From an uncultured Coxiellaceae bacterium (GTDB lineage: Bacteria > Pseudomonadota > Gammaproteobacteria > Coxiellales > Coxiellaceae), in NCBI GenBank assembly GCA_964348555.1, contig CAYGED010000001.1, positions 1-34,230 of the forward strand: 34,230 bases of DNA. The letters run 5' to 3'. The stretch's first letter is position 1, and each line of letters opens with the position of its first letter. The notes beneath the pieces were generated by a model. The model searched no databases, had not been told where the DNA came from, and saw only the letters and a program-made list of their open reading frames with translations. Positions 26,152 through 33,604 of the stretch are shown in pieces. The position numbers and the translations under genes are program-made.

Positions 26152-26385
26152 ATGAGCAAATTAATCGATTATATAAATGCAATGCCCGAGCTAGACCGTC
26201 ATGCGTTTGCAAAAAAATGTGGGACTTCTGTCGGGTACATTCGCAAGGTAATGTCGTCCAGAAAAAAACTATACTTTGGCCCTGCGATATGCCGGAAACT
26301 TGAGGTTGAGACTAACGGGCTGGTTACGAGAAAAGAATTGCGGCCAAAGGACTGGCATGAAATCTGGCCAGAAATTCAACAATAA
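26152..26385 (+). CDS. Cro / YdaS-like HTH regulator (77 aa)
   Basis: HAFAKKCGTSVGYIRKVMS is a helix-turn-helix. First gene of the rightward operon, divergent from the early-left operon. No Shine-Dalgarno upstream. Confidence 0.7.
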   Translation: MSKLIDYINAMPELDRHAFAKKCGTSVGYIRKVMSSRKKLYFGPAICRKLEVETNGLVTRKELRPKDWHEIWPEIQQ

Positions 26386-26471
26386 ATTCAACTCTCCCTA
26401 TGTTTGTTGAATCTACCGCAGAGTCCAGCGCACAACATATCGTGCGTAGACGGATGGACTTAAATACAAAT

Positions 26472-26654
26472 GAGATTATAGTAAAGCGCTTTGAGAAAGT
26501 AGGTTGGCTGTTTCGCAATCGTGTCACAAGCCACGGATATTGCGATTAATTTGCTAGGCGCTTGTGCCCTGGTGGAGCAGAAAGAATCGAGCCATGCACC
26601 GGGGGCTTAAGACCCCGGGAAGCGGAAAGTATCAAAGTGCTTTACTATGATTTC
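26472..26654 (+). ncRNA. candidate structured RNA element (unknown family)
   Basis: A 23-bp uninterrupted helix pairs 26472-26494 with 26632-26654 (20 Watson-Crick pairs plus 3 G:U pairs, plus sense only). Internal hairpins at 26513-26545 and 26599-26618. No ORF in the region. Confidence 0.5.
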
Positions 26655-26665
26655 TAGGAACTTTT

Positions 26666-26908
26666 ATGATAAATAACGAAAACAAAGTACCTCCGCCAGG
26701 CAGCCAGGATGCAATAGACCAGGGATGCAAGTGCCCTGTATTGGATAACGGCCACGGGCGCGGAGCTTATATTAAAGATGGTGAGTGGATATTTTGGTAT
26801 TCAACTGATTGCGAGTTGCACGCAAAACAAGTCAACCAAGTTGAAAATCTTATACCACATCATGATCACACAATCAGAAATAAAAGAGGTTGTTGCAGTA
26901 AAAATTAA
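26666..26908 (+). CDS. small Cys/His-containing conserved phage protein (80 aa)
   Basis: AGGA 6 nt upstream of the ATG. The PPGSQDAIDQGCKCPVLDNGHGRG...WYSTDCELH pattern is recalled from many phage hypothetical proteins and is probably metal-binding. Confidence 0.6.
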   Translation: MINNENKVPPPGSQDAIDQGCKCPVLDNGHGRGAYIKDGEWIFWYSTDCELHAKQVNQVENLIPHHDHTIRNKRGCCSKN

Positions 26909-27107
26909 TGGCTCGATTATAACAAATGATTTTTCAGAAATTGTTATTGCTGCAAAATGCAATAAAGTGCACGAATTCTACGATAGAAAACAAATGCAGT
27001 TTATGGCCGGATGCGATCTTGGTAAAAATTGGGAGAATTTATCAAATTCTAAAACTCTATTTTATCTGGTAGATGGTAAACCGACTTTCGATAAACCGAA
27101 TTTGTGA
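26862..27107 (+). CDS. hypothetical protein (81 aa)
   Basis: ATG 26862 (MITQSEIKEVV...) preferred over the upstream GTG/TTG-type track start. No clear RBS; overlaps the previous ORF by 47 nt. Confidence 0.4.
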   Translation: MITQSEIKEVVAVKINGSIITNDFSEIVIAAKCNKVHEFYDRKQMQFMAGCDLGKNWENLSNSKTLFYLVDGKPTFDKPNL

Positions 27108-27276
27108 TATGATTTAATTTCAATGCTCGTGAATGATAAACCTGAGTGTCTAAACAAGGAATTCAAAATTGAATCTTTTTAATTATCCAGAGTCATCCGC
27201 CAGCAAACTCCTTGTAATGCTGCGGATTCCTGCGCTTTATCACCGCAGGCTGGATACATAAGGAGATTTATAGGTA

Positions 27277-27654
27277 ATGGAAACCAACAAGCCACCACAA
27301 AGAACGCATGAAAATTATATTGTCAGTTTTACTGATGGCACTGTAAAAATTGGCACAACTAGACGTGGCACAAAAAGAATAGATGAAGTAGTAAAGGAAA
27401 AAAGGAAAAACAACAATATTTATGTTGTTTCGTATTATTTGAGCAATATAAGAACAAAAGAAGATGCGTTCAGGGCAGAAAGGGACACTTGTTACCTTAT
27501 GAGGAGGCGCGCTTTAGAAAATACGAGAGAATGGTTAAAATCAAATAGTTTAGACAGCTCTGATATTCGTGATTTTGCTGATTATGTTAAACAGACATTG
27601 GATTTATTTGCCAGCGGCATTGGATTGAAAAGGAGCTCAAAAAATGAGCTATGA
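27277..27654 (+). CDS. T5orf172 / GIY-YIG-like domain protein
   Basis: AAGGAG upstream. YIVSFTDGTVKIGTTRRGTKRIDEV resembles the T5orf172 (MUG113) N-terminal motif. Assignment from memory. Confidence 0.45.
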   Translation: METNKPPQRTHENYIVSFTDGTVKIGTTRRGTKRIDEVVKEKRKNNNIYVVSYYLSNIRTKEDAFRAERDTCYLMRRRALENTREWLKSNSLDSSDIRDFADYVKQTLDLFASGIGLKRSSKNEL

Positions 27655-28477
27655 ATTACACCCTTTATGTACATTATTCCCCAGACTATCTGGTGCTGAA
27701 TTTGAATCACTCAAAAATGATATACGTGAGAACGGACTTCGCGAACCCATTATTATTCACGATGGAATGATACTCGATGGAGGCAATAGATACCGCGCAT
27801 GTCTGGAAATTGGCATTGAACCAGGTGTAATGAAATTTGGGGGCGGGAATCTTGTATCTTATGTTATTTCCGCCAATCTGCACCGCAGGCATTTAACGCC
27901 AGGACAGCAAGCTGCTATAGTCGCAAGCGCGCAAGACTGGAGCAAAGCACAATCAGTAGGCAGCCCTCAATTCGGTAACGTTACCGGATTAGAGACTGTC
28001 GCTATACGAATGGCGCAATCAGGCGCAAGTGACAAAACGCAAAGGATGGCTGATAAGGTAGCAAAAGTAAACCCTGAATTGGCAAAAAAAGTAGGTCATG
28101 GAGAAATCAGCCTACCTAAAGCACTAAAGTCAATTACTCCGCAAAAAGATCATGTCCCACAAGAGCCAGAATACACTGAGTTAGACCGCCTAAAAGATGG
28201 TTTGTCGGATGCAAACGACACCATCCAACAACTTGCTGAGGAGAACACAAAACTAAGGGACGCGCTCGCAACCGGGCAGTTACCGGAGGAAGAAATTGTT
28301 TCTGCAGAGCAAACAATAATCGATCTGAGGAAACAGGTCAGAACAATCGAACTGGAATTGGATGCAGTAAAATCTTCACGCGATATCTATCAACGCGAAA
28401 ATGCAGAGTTAAAAAAGCAGTGCAAATATTATCAGAACAAGCTCAAAAAGCTGAGTGATGCAAATGTTCAAGCTTAG
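27644..28477 (+). CDS. ParB-like N-terminal domain protein with a coiled-coil C-terminus
   Basis: LHPLCTLFPRLSGAEFESLKNDIRENGLREPIIIHDGMILDGGNRYRAC matches the ParB/Srx fold boxes. AAGGAG RBS. Confidence 0.75.
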   Translation: MSYELHPLCTLFPRLSGAEFESLKNDIRENGLREPIIIHDGMILDGGNRYRACLEIGIEPGVMKFGGGNLVSYVISANLHRRHLTPGQQAAIVASAQDWSKAQSVGSPQFGNVTGLETVAIRMAQSGASDKTQRMADKVAKVNPELAKKVGHGEISLPKALKSITPQKDHVPQEPEYTELDRLKDGLSDANDTIQQLAEENTKLRDALATGQLPEEEIVSAEQTIIDLRKQVRTIELELDAVKSSRDIYQRENAELKKQCKYYQNKLKKLSDANVQA

Positions 28478-29942
28478 ACCGGCTCAGGAAAAAAGCCTTG
28501 AATCTCTGCGTGACGGATTCCGTGAAGGGCATAAAAGACAAATTCTCTACGGGCCAACGGGTTTCGGGAAAACAGAAATGGCTGTATCTTTGCTGGTTGC
28601 GACTGCCGCGAAAGGGAACCGGGCGGCAATGATCATGGATAGGCGCATACTGGTTGAGCAAACAAGTGCCAGGCTGGATAAATACGGCATTGATCATGGT
28701 GTATTGATGGCCGGAAGCTGGCGCTGGAAGCCTCACGAAAAAATACAAATCTGTAGCGCCCAAACTTTGGAGAAATGCGAAACATTCCCTGACTTTGATT
28801 TGATAATTATCGACGAAGCGCATACAACAAGAAAACAAGTTACGGATTTTATTAAAAACACTGGGATAAGATCGGTTGGTTTAACTGCCAGCCCGTTCAC
28901 CAAAGGTCTGGGTGCGATCTATGAAAATATTGTTTGCGAAGTCACTACAAGTAATCTGGTCTACAATAATTTCCTTGTGCCGCTAAAAATTTTTGTTGCC
29001 AAAGAAATTGACATGACCGGGGCAAAAAAAGTCGCTGGAGAATGGTCGCAAAGCGAAGCCACTGAACGCGGGATAAAAATAACTGGTGATATTGTTGCTG
29101 AATGGGTAAAAAAGACTCATGAGTTTTTTGATAAACCAGAAAAAACAATAGTGTTCTGTGCTGGCGTTGCACACGGGGCAGATCTTCAAAACAGATTCAA
29201 TGAGGCGGGATATAATTTTATCTCAATCAGCTATAAAGACGACGACGATTACAAACAGGAAGTGATCGGAGAATTTTCAAAACCTGATAGCTCTATAGTC
29301 GGGCTTATAGCCACGGACATTTTGACCAAGGGATTTGATGTTCCCGACGTGAAAATAGGCATATCCGCTAGACCATTCACAAAGTCGTTTTCATCCCATG
29401 TTCAGCAGATGGGCCGTGTTATGAGGTCATTTCCTGGCAAGGATTTTTCCTTGTGGCTTGATCATAGCGGTAATTTTTTGCGATTCAGGGACGATTGGGA
29501 TGAGCTTTTTTATAACGGCGTTTCGGAGTTGGATGATGGCAAGGAAAAGCCGAAGTCAGAGCCAACAGACAAAGAGAAGGAGGCGGCTAAATGCCCAAAA
29601 TGCAACGCCTTATGGCCGCCAAAATCAGATATTTGCTCTAACTGCGGACACGTTCGAGAGCGCAAAAATGATGTGCAGGTAAAACCCGGTGAGCTAGTTG
29701 AGATCGGGACATCGGCGAAGAAAGAAAAATATGATTCCGCATACAAAGAGTCTTTTTATCAGCAGCTTATGAAATACGCAAAAGATCGCGGGTATAAGGA
29801 CGGTTGGGCATATCACAAATATCATGCAAAATTTTCCGTTTACCCGAGTTGGAAAAAAACAGAAGCCGATTTTATATCCCAGGAAGTGTGTAATTTTGTC
29901 ACCTCGCAAAACATAAAAAATTCATATAGAAAGCGTGCATAA
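28458..29942 (+). CDS. SF2 DEAD/DEAH-box DNA helicase with a C-terminal zinc ribbon
   Basis: Walker A GPTGFGKT, motif II IIDEAH, motif III TASP, motif VI QQMGRVMR, and CPKCN...CSNCGH. The track start 28455 is GTG; ATG at 28458. Confidence 0.85.
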   Translation: MQMFKLRPAQEKSLESLRDGFREGHKRQILYGPTGFGKTEMAVSLLVATAAKGNRAAMIMDRRILVEQTSARLDKYGIDHGVLMAGSWRWKPHEKIQICSAQTLEKCETFPDFDLIIIDEAHTTRKQVTDFIKNTGIRSVGLTASPFTKGLGAIYENIVCEVTTSNLVYNNFLVPLKIFVAKEIDMTGAKKVAGEWSQSEATERGIKITGDIVAEWVKKTHEFFDKPEKTIVFCAGVAHGADLQNRFNEAGYNFISISYKDDDDYKQEVIGEFSKPDSSIVGLIATDILTKGFDVPDVKIGISARPFTKSFSSHVQQMGRVMRSFPGKDFSLWLDHSGNFLRFRDDWDELFYNGVSELDDGKEKPKSEPTDKEKEAAKCPKCNALWPPKSDICSNCGHVRERKNDVQVKPGELVEIGTSAKKEKYDSAYKESFYQQLMKYAKDRGYKDGWAYHKYHAKFSVYPSWKKTEADFISQEVCNFVTSQNIKNSYRKRA

Positions 29943-30775
29943 TGGATTTCATTCAATTTGCCGAGGCGCATGGACTGGAAATAACTCATCTTGTGGCTGG
30001 GAAAATAACCAGGTGTCGAACATCTGATCATCGATCAAAAAAGAATGGTGCGTACTATTTTGAGCATAACTTCGGGTGGGCGATGAACTGGGCAGCCCAT
30101 AATCGCCCCCAAATCTGGATCACTGACAAAGACGTTGACCAAAAAGATATTCAATTAAAGTTAAAAAGAAGTCAGGAAAAATACAGGATTGATCGTTACA
30201 GGATTAATCAGCAAGCCATTAAAAAAACAGAATACATACTCAGCCAGTGCCGACAGGATATATCGTCTTATTTGGCATCCAAAGGGTTCTCGGAAATGTG
30301 TTTCAACATGCTCTTCGAGGAAGGGAAAGACTCTTTGCTGTGCGTGCCGATGCGGATAAACGGGAGCATATCAGGATTGCAAACAATTTCGCCGGATGGC
30401 GGAAAAAAGTTTTTGTATGGCACAAATGCGAGCTTAGCGACATTCGACATCGGTAATGGATCTGATGTATTCCTCACGGAAGGTCTGGCCACGGGTCTGT
30501 CGCTTCAAAAAATACTTTCACAGTTAAAAGTATCATATAAAATTAAGGTGTGCTTTAGTGCTGGCAATATGATAAAAGTTGCGAAGCTGTATGATAATGC
30601 TATCTTGATAGCAGATAACGACTCTAGTGGCGCTGGTGAGCGTATAGCTATAGAGAGCGGGCGGCGATATTATATGCCTCCCGAAATCGATACCGATCTC
30701 AATGATGAGTGCAATCAATCCGGGTATTTTCTTGTTTCGCAAAAGATTAAAAAAATGTTGTATAGTAAATTATAA
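29942..30775 (+). CDS. Toprim-domain DNA primase
   Basis: TAATG coupling to the helicase gene. Toprim signature FLTEGLATG ... IADNDSSGAGE. The N-terminal C/H-containing segment resembles primase zinc-binding regions. Confidence 0.7.
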   Translation: MDFIQFAEAHGLEITHLVAGKITRCRTSDHRSKKNGAYYFEHNFGWAMNWAAHNRPQIWITDKDVDQKDIQLKLKRSQEKYRIDRYRINQQAIKKTEYILSQCRQDISSYLASKGFSEMCFNMLFEEGKDSLLCVPMRINGSISGLQTISPDGGKKFLYGTNASLATFDIGNGSDVFLTEGLATGLSLQKILSQLKVSYKIKVCFSAGNMIKVAKLYDNAILIADNDSSGAGERIAIESGRRYYMPPEIDTDLNDECNQSGYFLVSQKIKKMLYSKL

Positions 30776-30798
30776 TTGTGGTAATATTGTTTCTTGAT

Positions 30799-30854
30799 CG
30801 CTGGCCACGATTAGTTTGAGTTGGAGGCCAGTCCATCGAAGACTAATCGCAGCG
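30799..30854 (+). other. 3' UTR stem-loop upstream of the terminator (possible 3'UTR-derived sRNA body)
   Basis: CGCTG-(GCCA bulge)-CGATTAGT (30799-30815) pairs with ACTAATCG-CAGCG (30842-30854). A mutually exclusive alternative is CTGGCC (30801-30806) with GGCCAG (30826-30831). Confidence 0.3.
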
Positions 30855-30866
30855 AGAAAGAAAATG

Positions 30867-30910
30867 AAAAGCCGCCTTAGTCGAAAGATTTTGGCGGCTT
30901 TTTTGTTTTT
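30867..30910. terminator. Rho-independent terminator, symmetric (probably bidirectional)
   Basis: AAAAGCCGCC (30867-30876) pairs with GGCGGCTTTT (30893-30902), followed by TTTTTTGTTTTT. An A-run upstream gives a U-run on the other strand. Confidence 0.75.
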
Positions 30911-31183
30911 GTGGTGCCCGCTCTTACTGCTGAACCGTCAGGGCATAAAATGATTGGATGGGCAAAAGTCAATCAGGGATGAAATACGTAATGTGTGGGG
31001 AGGGTAAAGACCGGCGCACATTATAGAAAGCTCACCGGGGGGATAAGTGGATGCAAAAGAGCAACACCGCGTCGAGGTTAGCACGGTGACCACGCAAGGC
31101 TGACGGGTCGTAAAAGCGCTCATGGGCAGTTTTACGTGAAGGCTCAGGGATTGTCTGGGTCTTTGCACTAAGGGCAGTTGACT

Positions 31184-31211
31184 TTGACCTTAGACCAAGC
31201 GAGTTTAAACT
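31184..31211 (+). promoter_or_regulatory. candidate promoter TTGACC-16 nt-TAAACT (preceded by a second TTGACT)
   Basis: Tandem TTGACT and TTGACC at 31178-31189; -10-like TAAACT at 31206-31211 inside the palindrome AGTTTAAACT. It lies 22 nt upstream of ATG 31233. Confidence 0.3.
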
Positions 31212-31232
31212 ACATATTGGAAATTTTAATTT

Positions 31233-31442
31233 ATGGATGAGAAAGAGAAATTCGAGCATTGGTTTTCTGGTGGTAATCCTAGATGTACAAGCATTGAGAA
31301 GATCGACGGAATATATAAATTAACGGCTGCTTATAATTCATGGGTAGCGTGGCAGGCAAGTGCAAAAGTCGCTAGAAATGAGCACATCTGTGAAAAATGT
31401 ATGCTCAGGCAAAATCTTCCTCCCTATGATTGCCAATTTTAA
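31233..31442 (+). CDS. hypothetical protein (69 aa)
   Basis: ORF MDEKEKFEHWFSGGNPRCTSIEK...; no obvious Shine-Dalgarno. First ORF after the GC-rich gap. Confidence 0.45.
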   Translation: MDEKEKFEHWFSGGNPRCTSIEKIDGIYKLTAAYNSWVAWQASAKVARNEHICEKCMLRQNLPPYDCQF

Positions 31443-31529
31443 TATTGTTGCTTTTGCTCAGGTGGTACGGCTACTGAATTGGCGATTGTGATTCGTAATT
31501 TTTTTCAAAATACATTTTAGAGGATAAAA

Positions 31530-31727
31530 ATGGAATGGCAACAGATAGAAACTGCCCCCAAAGATGGAACATGGATACTAGCTATTAATTCCGACTCTAA
31601 TGGAGGAAGACCACATGTGGTGCATTTTTCAGAAAAGCATGGGAAGAAATTTCCGTGGACAACTGGTGCTGGTGCTGTTGCTAGAATGACTCACTGGATG
31701 CCTCTGCCAGAGCCACCTGAATTATGA
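31530..31727 (+). CDS. DUF551-family protein
   Basis: WQQIETAPKDGTWILA...THWMPLPEPP is the characteristic DUF551 pattern. GAGGATAAAA-ATG context. Confidence 0.75.
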   Translation: MEWQQIETAPKDGTWILAINSDSNGGRPHVVHFSEKHGKKFPWTTGAGAVARMTHWMPLPEPPEL

Positions 31728-32011
31728 CATGCCATTGCGTGGATTGCTCTGGAATAACAAAAGAGCAGCAATACTATATCGAACAATATCGACATGAAAC
31801 AGAAGTCCGTGAAGTTATGCGTAGATTCGGAACCAAAGAGCAGATCAAAACGTATTTGGAAGGGGTTGAGGAAAAACGAGGATTTGAGGCGATGCGGCGA
31901 TTGAGAATGGATTTGCTGGTCGAATGGAGAAAAAATGAATCCAACAAAACAAAAACACAAGCCCGAACCTATTTATCTTCGGGTAATAAAGGGCGGTCTA
32001 TTACCTGCTGA
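31724..32011 (+). CDS. hypothetical nin-region protein (95 aa)
   Basis: ATGA overlap with the DUF551 stop. N-terminal CHCVDC motif. The 3' end overlaps the next gene by 77 nt. Confidence 0.5.
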   Translation: MTCHCVDCSGITKEQQYYIEQYRHETEVREVMRRFGTKEQIKTYLEGVEEKRGFEAMRRLRMDLLVEWRKNESNKTKTQARTYLSSGNKGRSITC

Positions 32012-32414
32012 CAGTTATTCAGAAAGCCAATTGCGGGCAAAGAATTTTAAAATTGGTGATATTATCAAGGCCGATATTCGCAAACTTCGATCAACCGAAC
32101 TAAATAGGCACGCCCATAAGATTGCTATTTTGTGCAATAAAAATATCGATGAATTTTCAAGCTACACCGATATGCATTTGCTACTAAAAAGACTTCAAAT
32201 AGAATCTGGGGCCGCATGCGAAGAGGTAGGTGTGAAGCTTGCCGGAATGTGGTGCGTAGTAAGGCAGCCAAGGAGTTTTAGCTTTGAGCAGATGGATGAA
32301 AGCGAGTTTCGAGATGCTGTGAAAGTTATTTGCCGGCACATAAGCCGAGAGTATTGGAGCAGCTTAACACCGGAAGAAGTTGAACAAATGGCGGAGGTAA
32401 TGATCGATGAATAA
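31935..32414 (+). CDS. DUF1367-like protein
   Basis: GGAGA 5 nt upstream. IYLRVIKGGLLPADSYSESQLRAKNFKIGDIIKADIRKLRSTELNRHAHK resembles enterobacterial-phage DUF1367. Assignment from memory. Confidence 0.55.
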   Translation: MNPTKQKHKPEPIYLRVIKGGLLPADSYSESQLRAKNFKIGDIIKADIRKLRSTELNRHAHKIAILCNKNIDEFSSYTDMHLLLKRLQIESGAACEEVGVKLAGMWCVVRQPRSFSFEQMDESEFRDAVKVICRHISREYWSSLTPEEVEQMAEVMIDE

Positions 32415-32688
32415 AAATCAAAAACACATGGGCTTGGTATCATTAACCGGGTGCGTAATATGCCGGGAAATAACAGGAGAACGAGTGCCGGGGCATGTGC
32501 ATCACATAGCCGAGGGGTCTGGTGCAAGGAATGATTTTATGGTGGCTTGCCTGTGCGAAATGCATCATACCGGAGGGCTTGGTGTGCATGGCATGGGTGT
32601 TAAAAAATTTCTGACCTTGTACAGCCTGCCGACTGAATATCATTTAATAGGATTGGTAAATAAGTTTCTTGCGGAAGACGGCAGATGA
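32407..32688 (+). CDS. HNH-type nuclease-like protein (Ref/DUF968- or YbcO/DUF1364-like)
   Basis: CVIC...HVHHI...ACLCEMHH...H Cys/His pattern, in a nin-like position upstream of rusA. Confidence 0.55.
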   Translation: MNKNQKHMGLVSLTGCVICREITGERVPGHVHHIAEGSGARNDFMVACLCEMHHTGGLGVHGMGVKKFLTLYSLPTEYHLIGLVNKFLAEDGR

Positions 32689-33014
32689 TGAGCGATATAA
32701 AAGAGCATAAAATTCGGCTTGTAGAATTACTGGTCAAGCACGTCAAAAAAAGGAACGAATTATCGGACAAATTTGACGAGTTATTCGGTGCATTTTTAGG
32801 CGGTAGTGACAGCTATTATTCACGATTTATAAATGACTTGTTTGATGATCAAATAAAACTGGTAGCCGAGCTAATCGGGGACACAAAGGAAGGGCTGGAA
32901 TGGTTTATATATGATAATGAGTGCGGTGAAAAAGGGATGGAAGCACGGGTTGGTGAAAATGTCATGCGTAAAATAAATACTGTAGATGATTATATTGGGT
33001 TAATGGAGGATTAG
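32685..33014 (+). CDS. hypothetical protein (109 aa)
   Basis: ATGA-type overlap with the upstream stop. Acidic, helical-looking. No family recognised. Confidence 0.5.
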   Translation: MMSDIKEHKIRLVELLVKHVKKRNELSDKFDELFGAFLGGSDSYYSRFINDLFDDQIKLVAELIGDTKEGLEWFIYDNECGEKGMEARVGENVMRKINTVDDYIGLMED

Positions 33015-33016
33015 AT

Positions 33017-33091
33017 ATGTCCCCAATGTGGGTTTTAGTTATATTTGTATTGATTTTTGTGATTGGCGAAATTCTTTGTAGAAAGAAATGA
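33017..33091 (+). CDS. micro-ORF, hydrophobic 24-aa peptide
   Basis: GGAGGA 6-7 nt upstream of ATG 33017; MSPMWVLVIFVLIFVIGEILCRKK. Confidence 0.3.
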   Translation: MSPMWVLVIFVLIFVIGEILCRKK

Positions 33092-33115
33092 GCGGACATC
33101 CGTATAGCCGAATGG

Positions 33116-33173
33116 CCAACAAAGAAGCGGCAGCCCGTAAGCTGGTAGCCAACCCAGCCCGCTTCTTTGTTGG
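33116..33173. repeat. perfect 15-bp inverted repeat with a 28-nt loop upstream of rusA
   Basis: CCAACAAAGAAGCGG (33116-33130) and CCGCTTCTTTGTTGG (33159-33173). No U-tract on either side. Confidence 0.85.
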
Positions 33174-33196
33174 TAAAAAGTTTAAATATAAAAAAG

Positions 33197-33580
33197 ATGA
33201 TAATAAAATTCACAATCCTGGGCGAGGCGGCGAGCATGAAAAATTCAAGGCGCTTGGTTAAATTCAGGAATAAACCGGCTTTTATTAAATCAAAAAAAGC
33301 ATTGGATTTTGAACAAGCAGCTTTGCTGCAAATACCCGATTCTGCAAAGCATATGCTTGCGGGAGATATATGTTTCAAAGCACGAATTTTTTATGCGTCG
33401 CGCAGGTCAGACCTAGACGAATCCTTGATCATGGATGTATTGCAGGCTAAAATTTCTGGCGGGAATGTGATCAGGCGGGGGGTGTATCTAAACGACAGGC
33501 AGATTAAGGAGAAGCATATTTTTTGGGGATTGGATAGAATAAACCCAAGGGTCGAGGTTGAAATTACATTAATAATCTAA
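33197..33580 (+). CDS. rusA: RusA-family Holliday junction resolvase
   Basis: ATG 33197 (MIIKFTILGEAASMKNS...; the track start 33167 is TTG). Acidic catalytic pattern SRRSDLDESLIMDVL ... YLNDRQI, as in the RusA family. Confidence 0.75.
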   Translation: MIIKFTILGEAASMKNSRRLVKFRNKPAFIKSKKALDFEQAALLQIPDSAKHMLAGDICFKARIFYASRRSDLDESLIMDVLQAKISGGNVIRRGVYLNDRQIKEKHIFWGLDRINPRVEVEITLII

Positions 33581-33584
33581 TTAT

Positions 33585-33604
33585 AATAACCATGCGTGGT
33601 TATT
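33585..33604. terminator. 8-bp hairpin at the convergence point (possible terminator of the minus-strand cassette)
   Basis: AATAACCA-TGCG-TGGTTATT. On the minus strand it is followed by an A/T-rich tract; on the plus strand there is no U-run. Confidence 0.3.

Noticed and set aside
26472-26654. Inverted repeats as a MITE or as retron msr/msd a1/a2 arms
   Set aside because: No target-site duplication flanks the arms (ACAAAT versus TAGGAA). All three arm mismatches are G:U-compatible in one RNA sense only. No reverse transcriptase gene is adjacent or anywhere in the window.
30938-31259. Two minus-strand ORFs of 76 and 75 aa in the GC-rich island
   Set aside because: No RBS, mutually overlapping, and compositionally unlike proteins (Cys/Pro/Arg/Ser-rich). 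They are more likely chance ORFs in GC-rich non-coding DNA.
33088-33261. 57-aa plus-strand ORF (MSGHPYSRMANKEAAARKLV...)
   Set aside because: It contains the perfect 15-bp inverted repeat within its coding sequence and overlaps the rusA start by 65 nt. The pairing looks like the selected feature.
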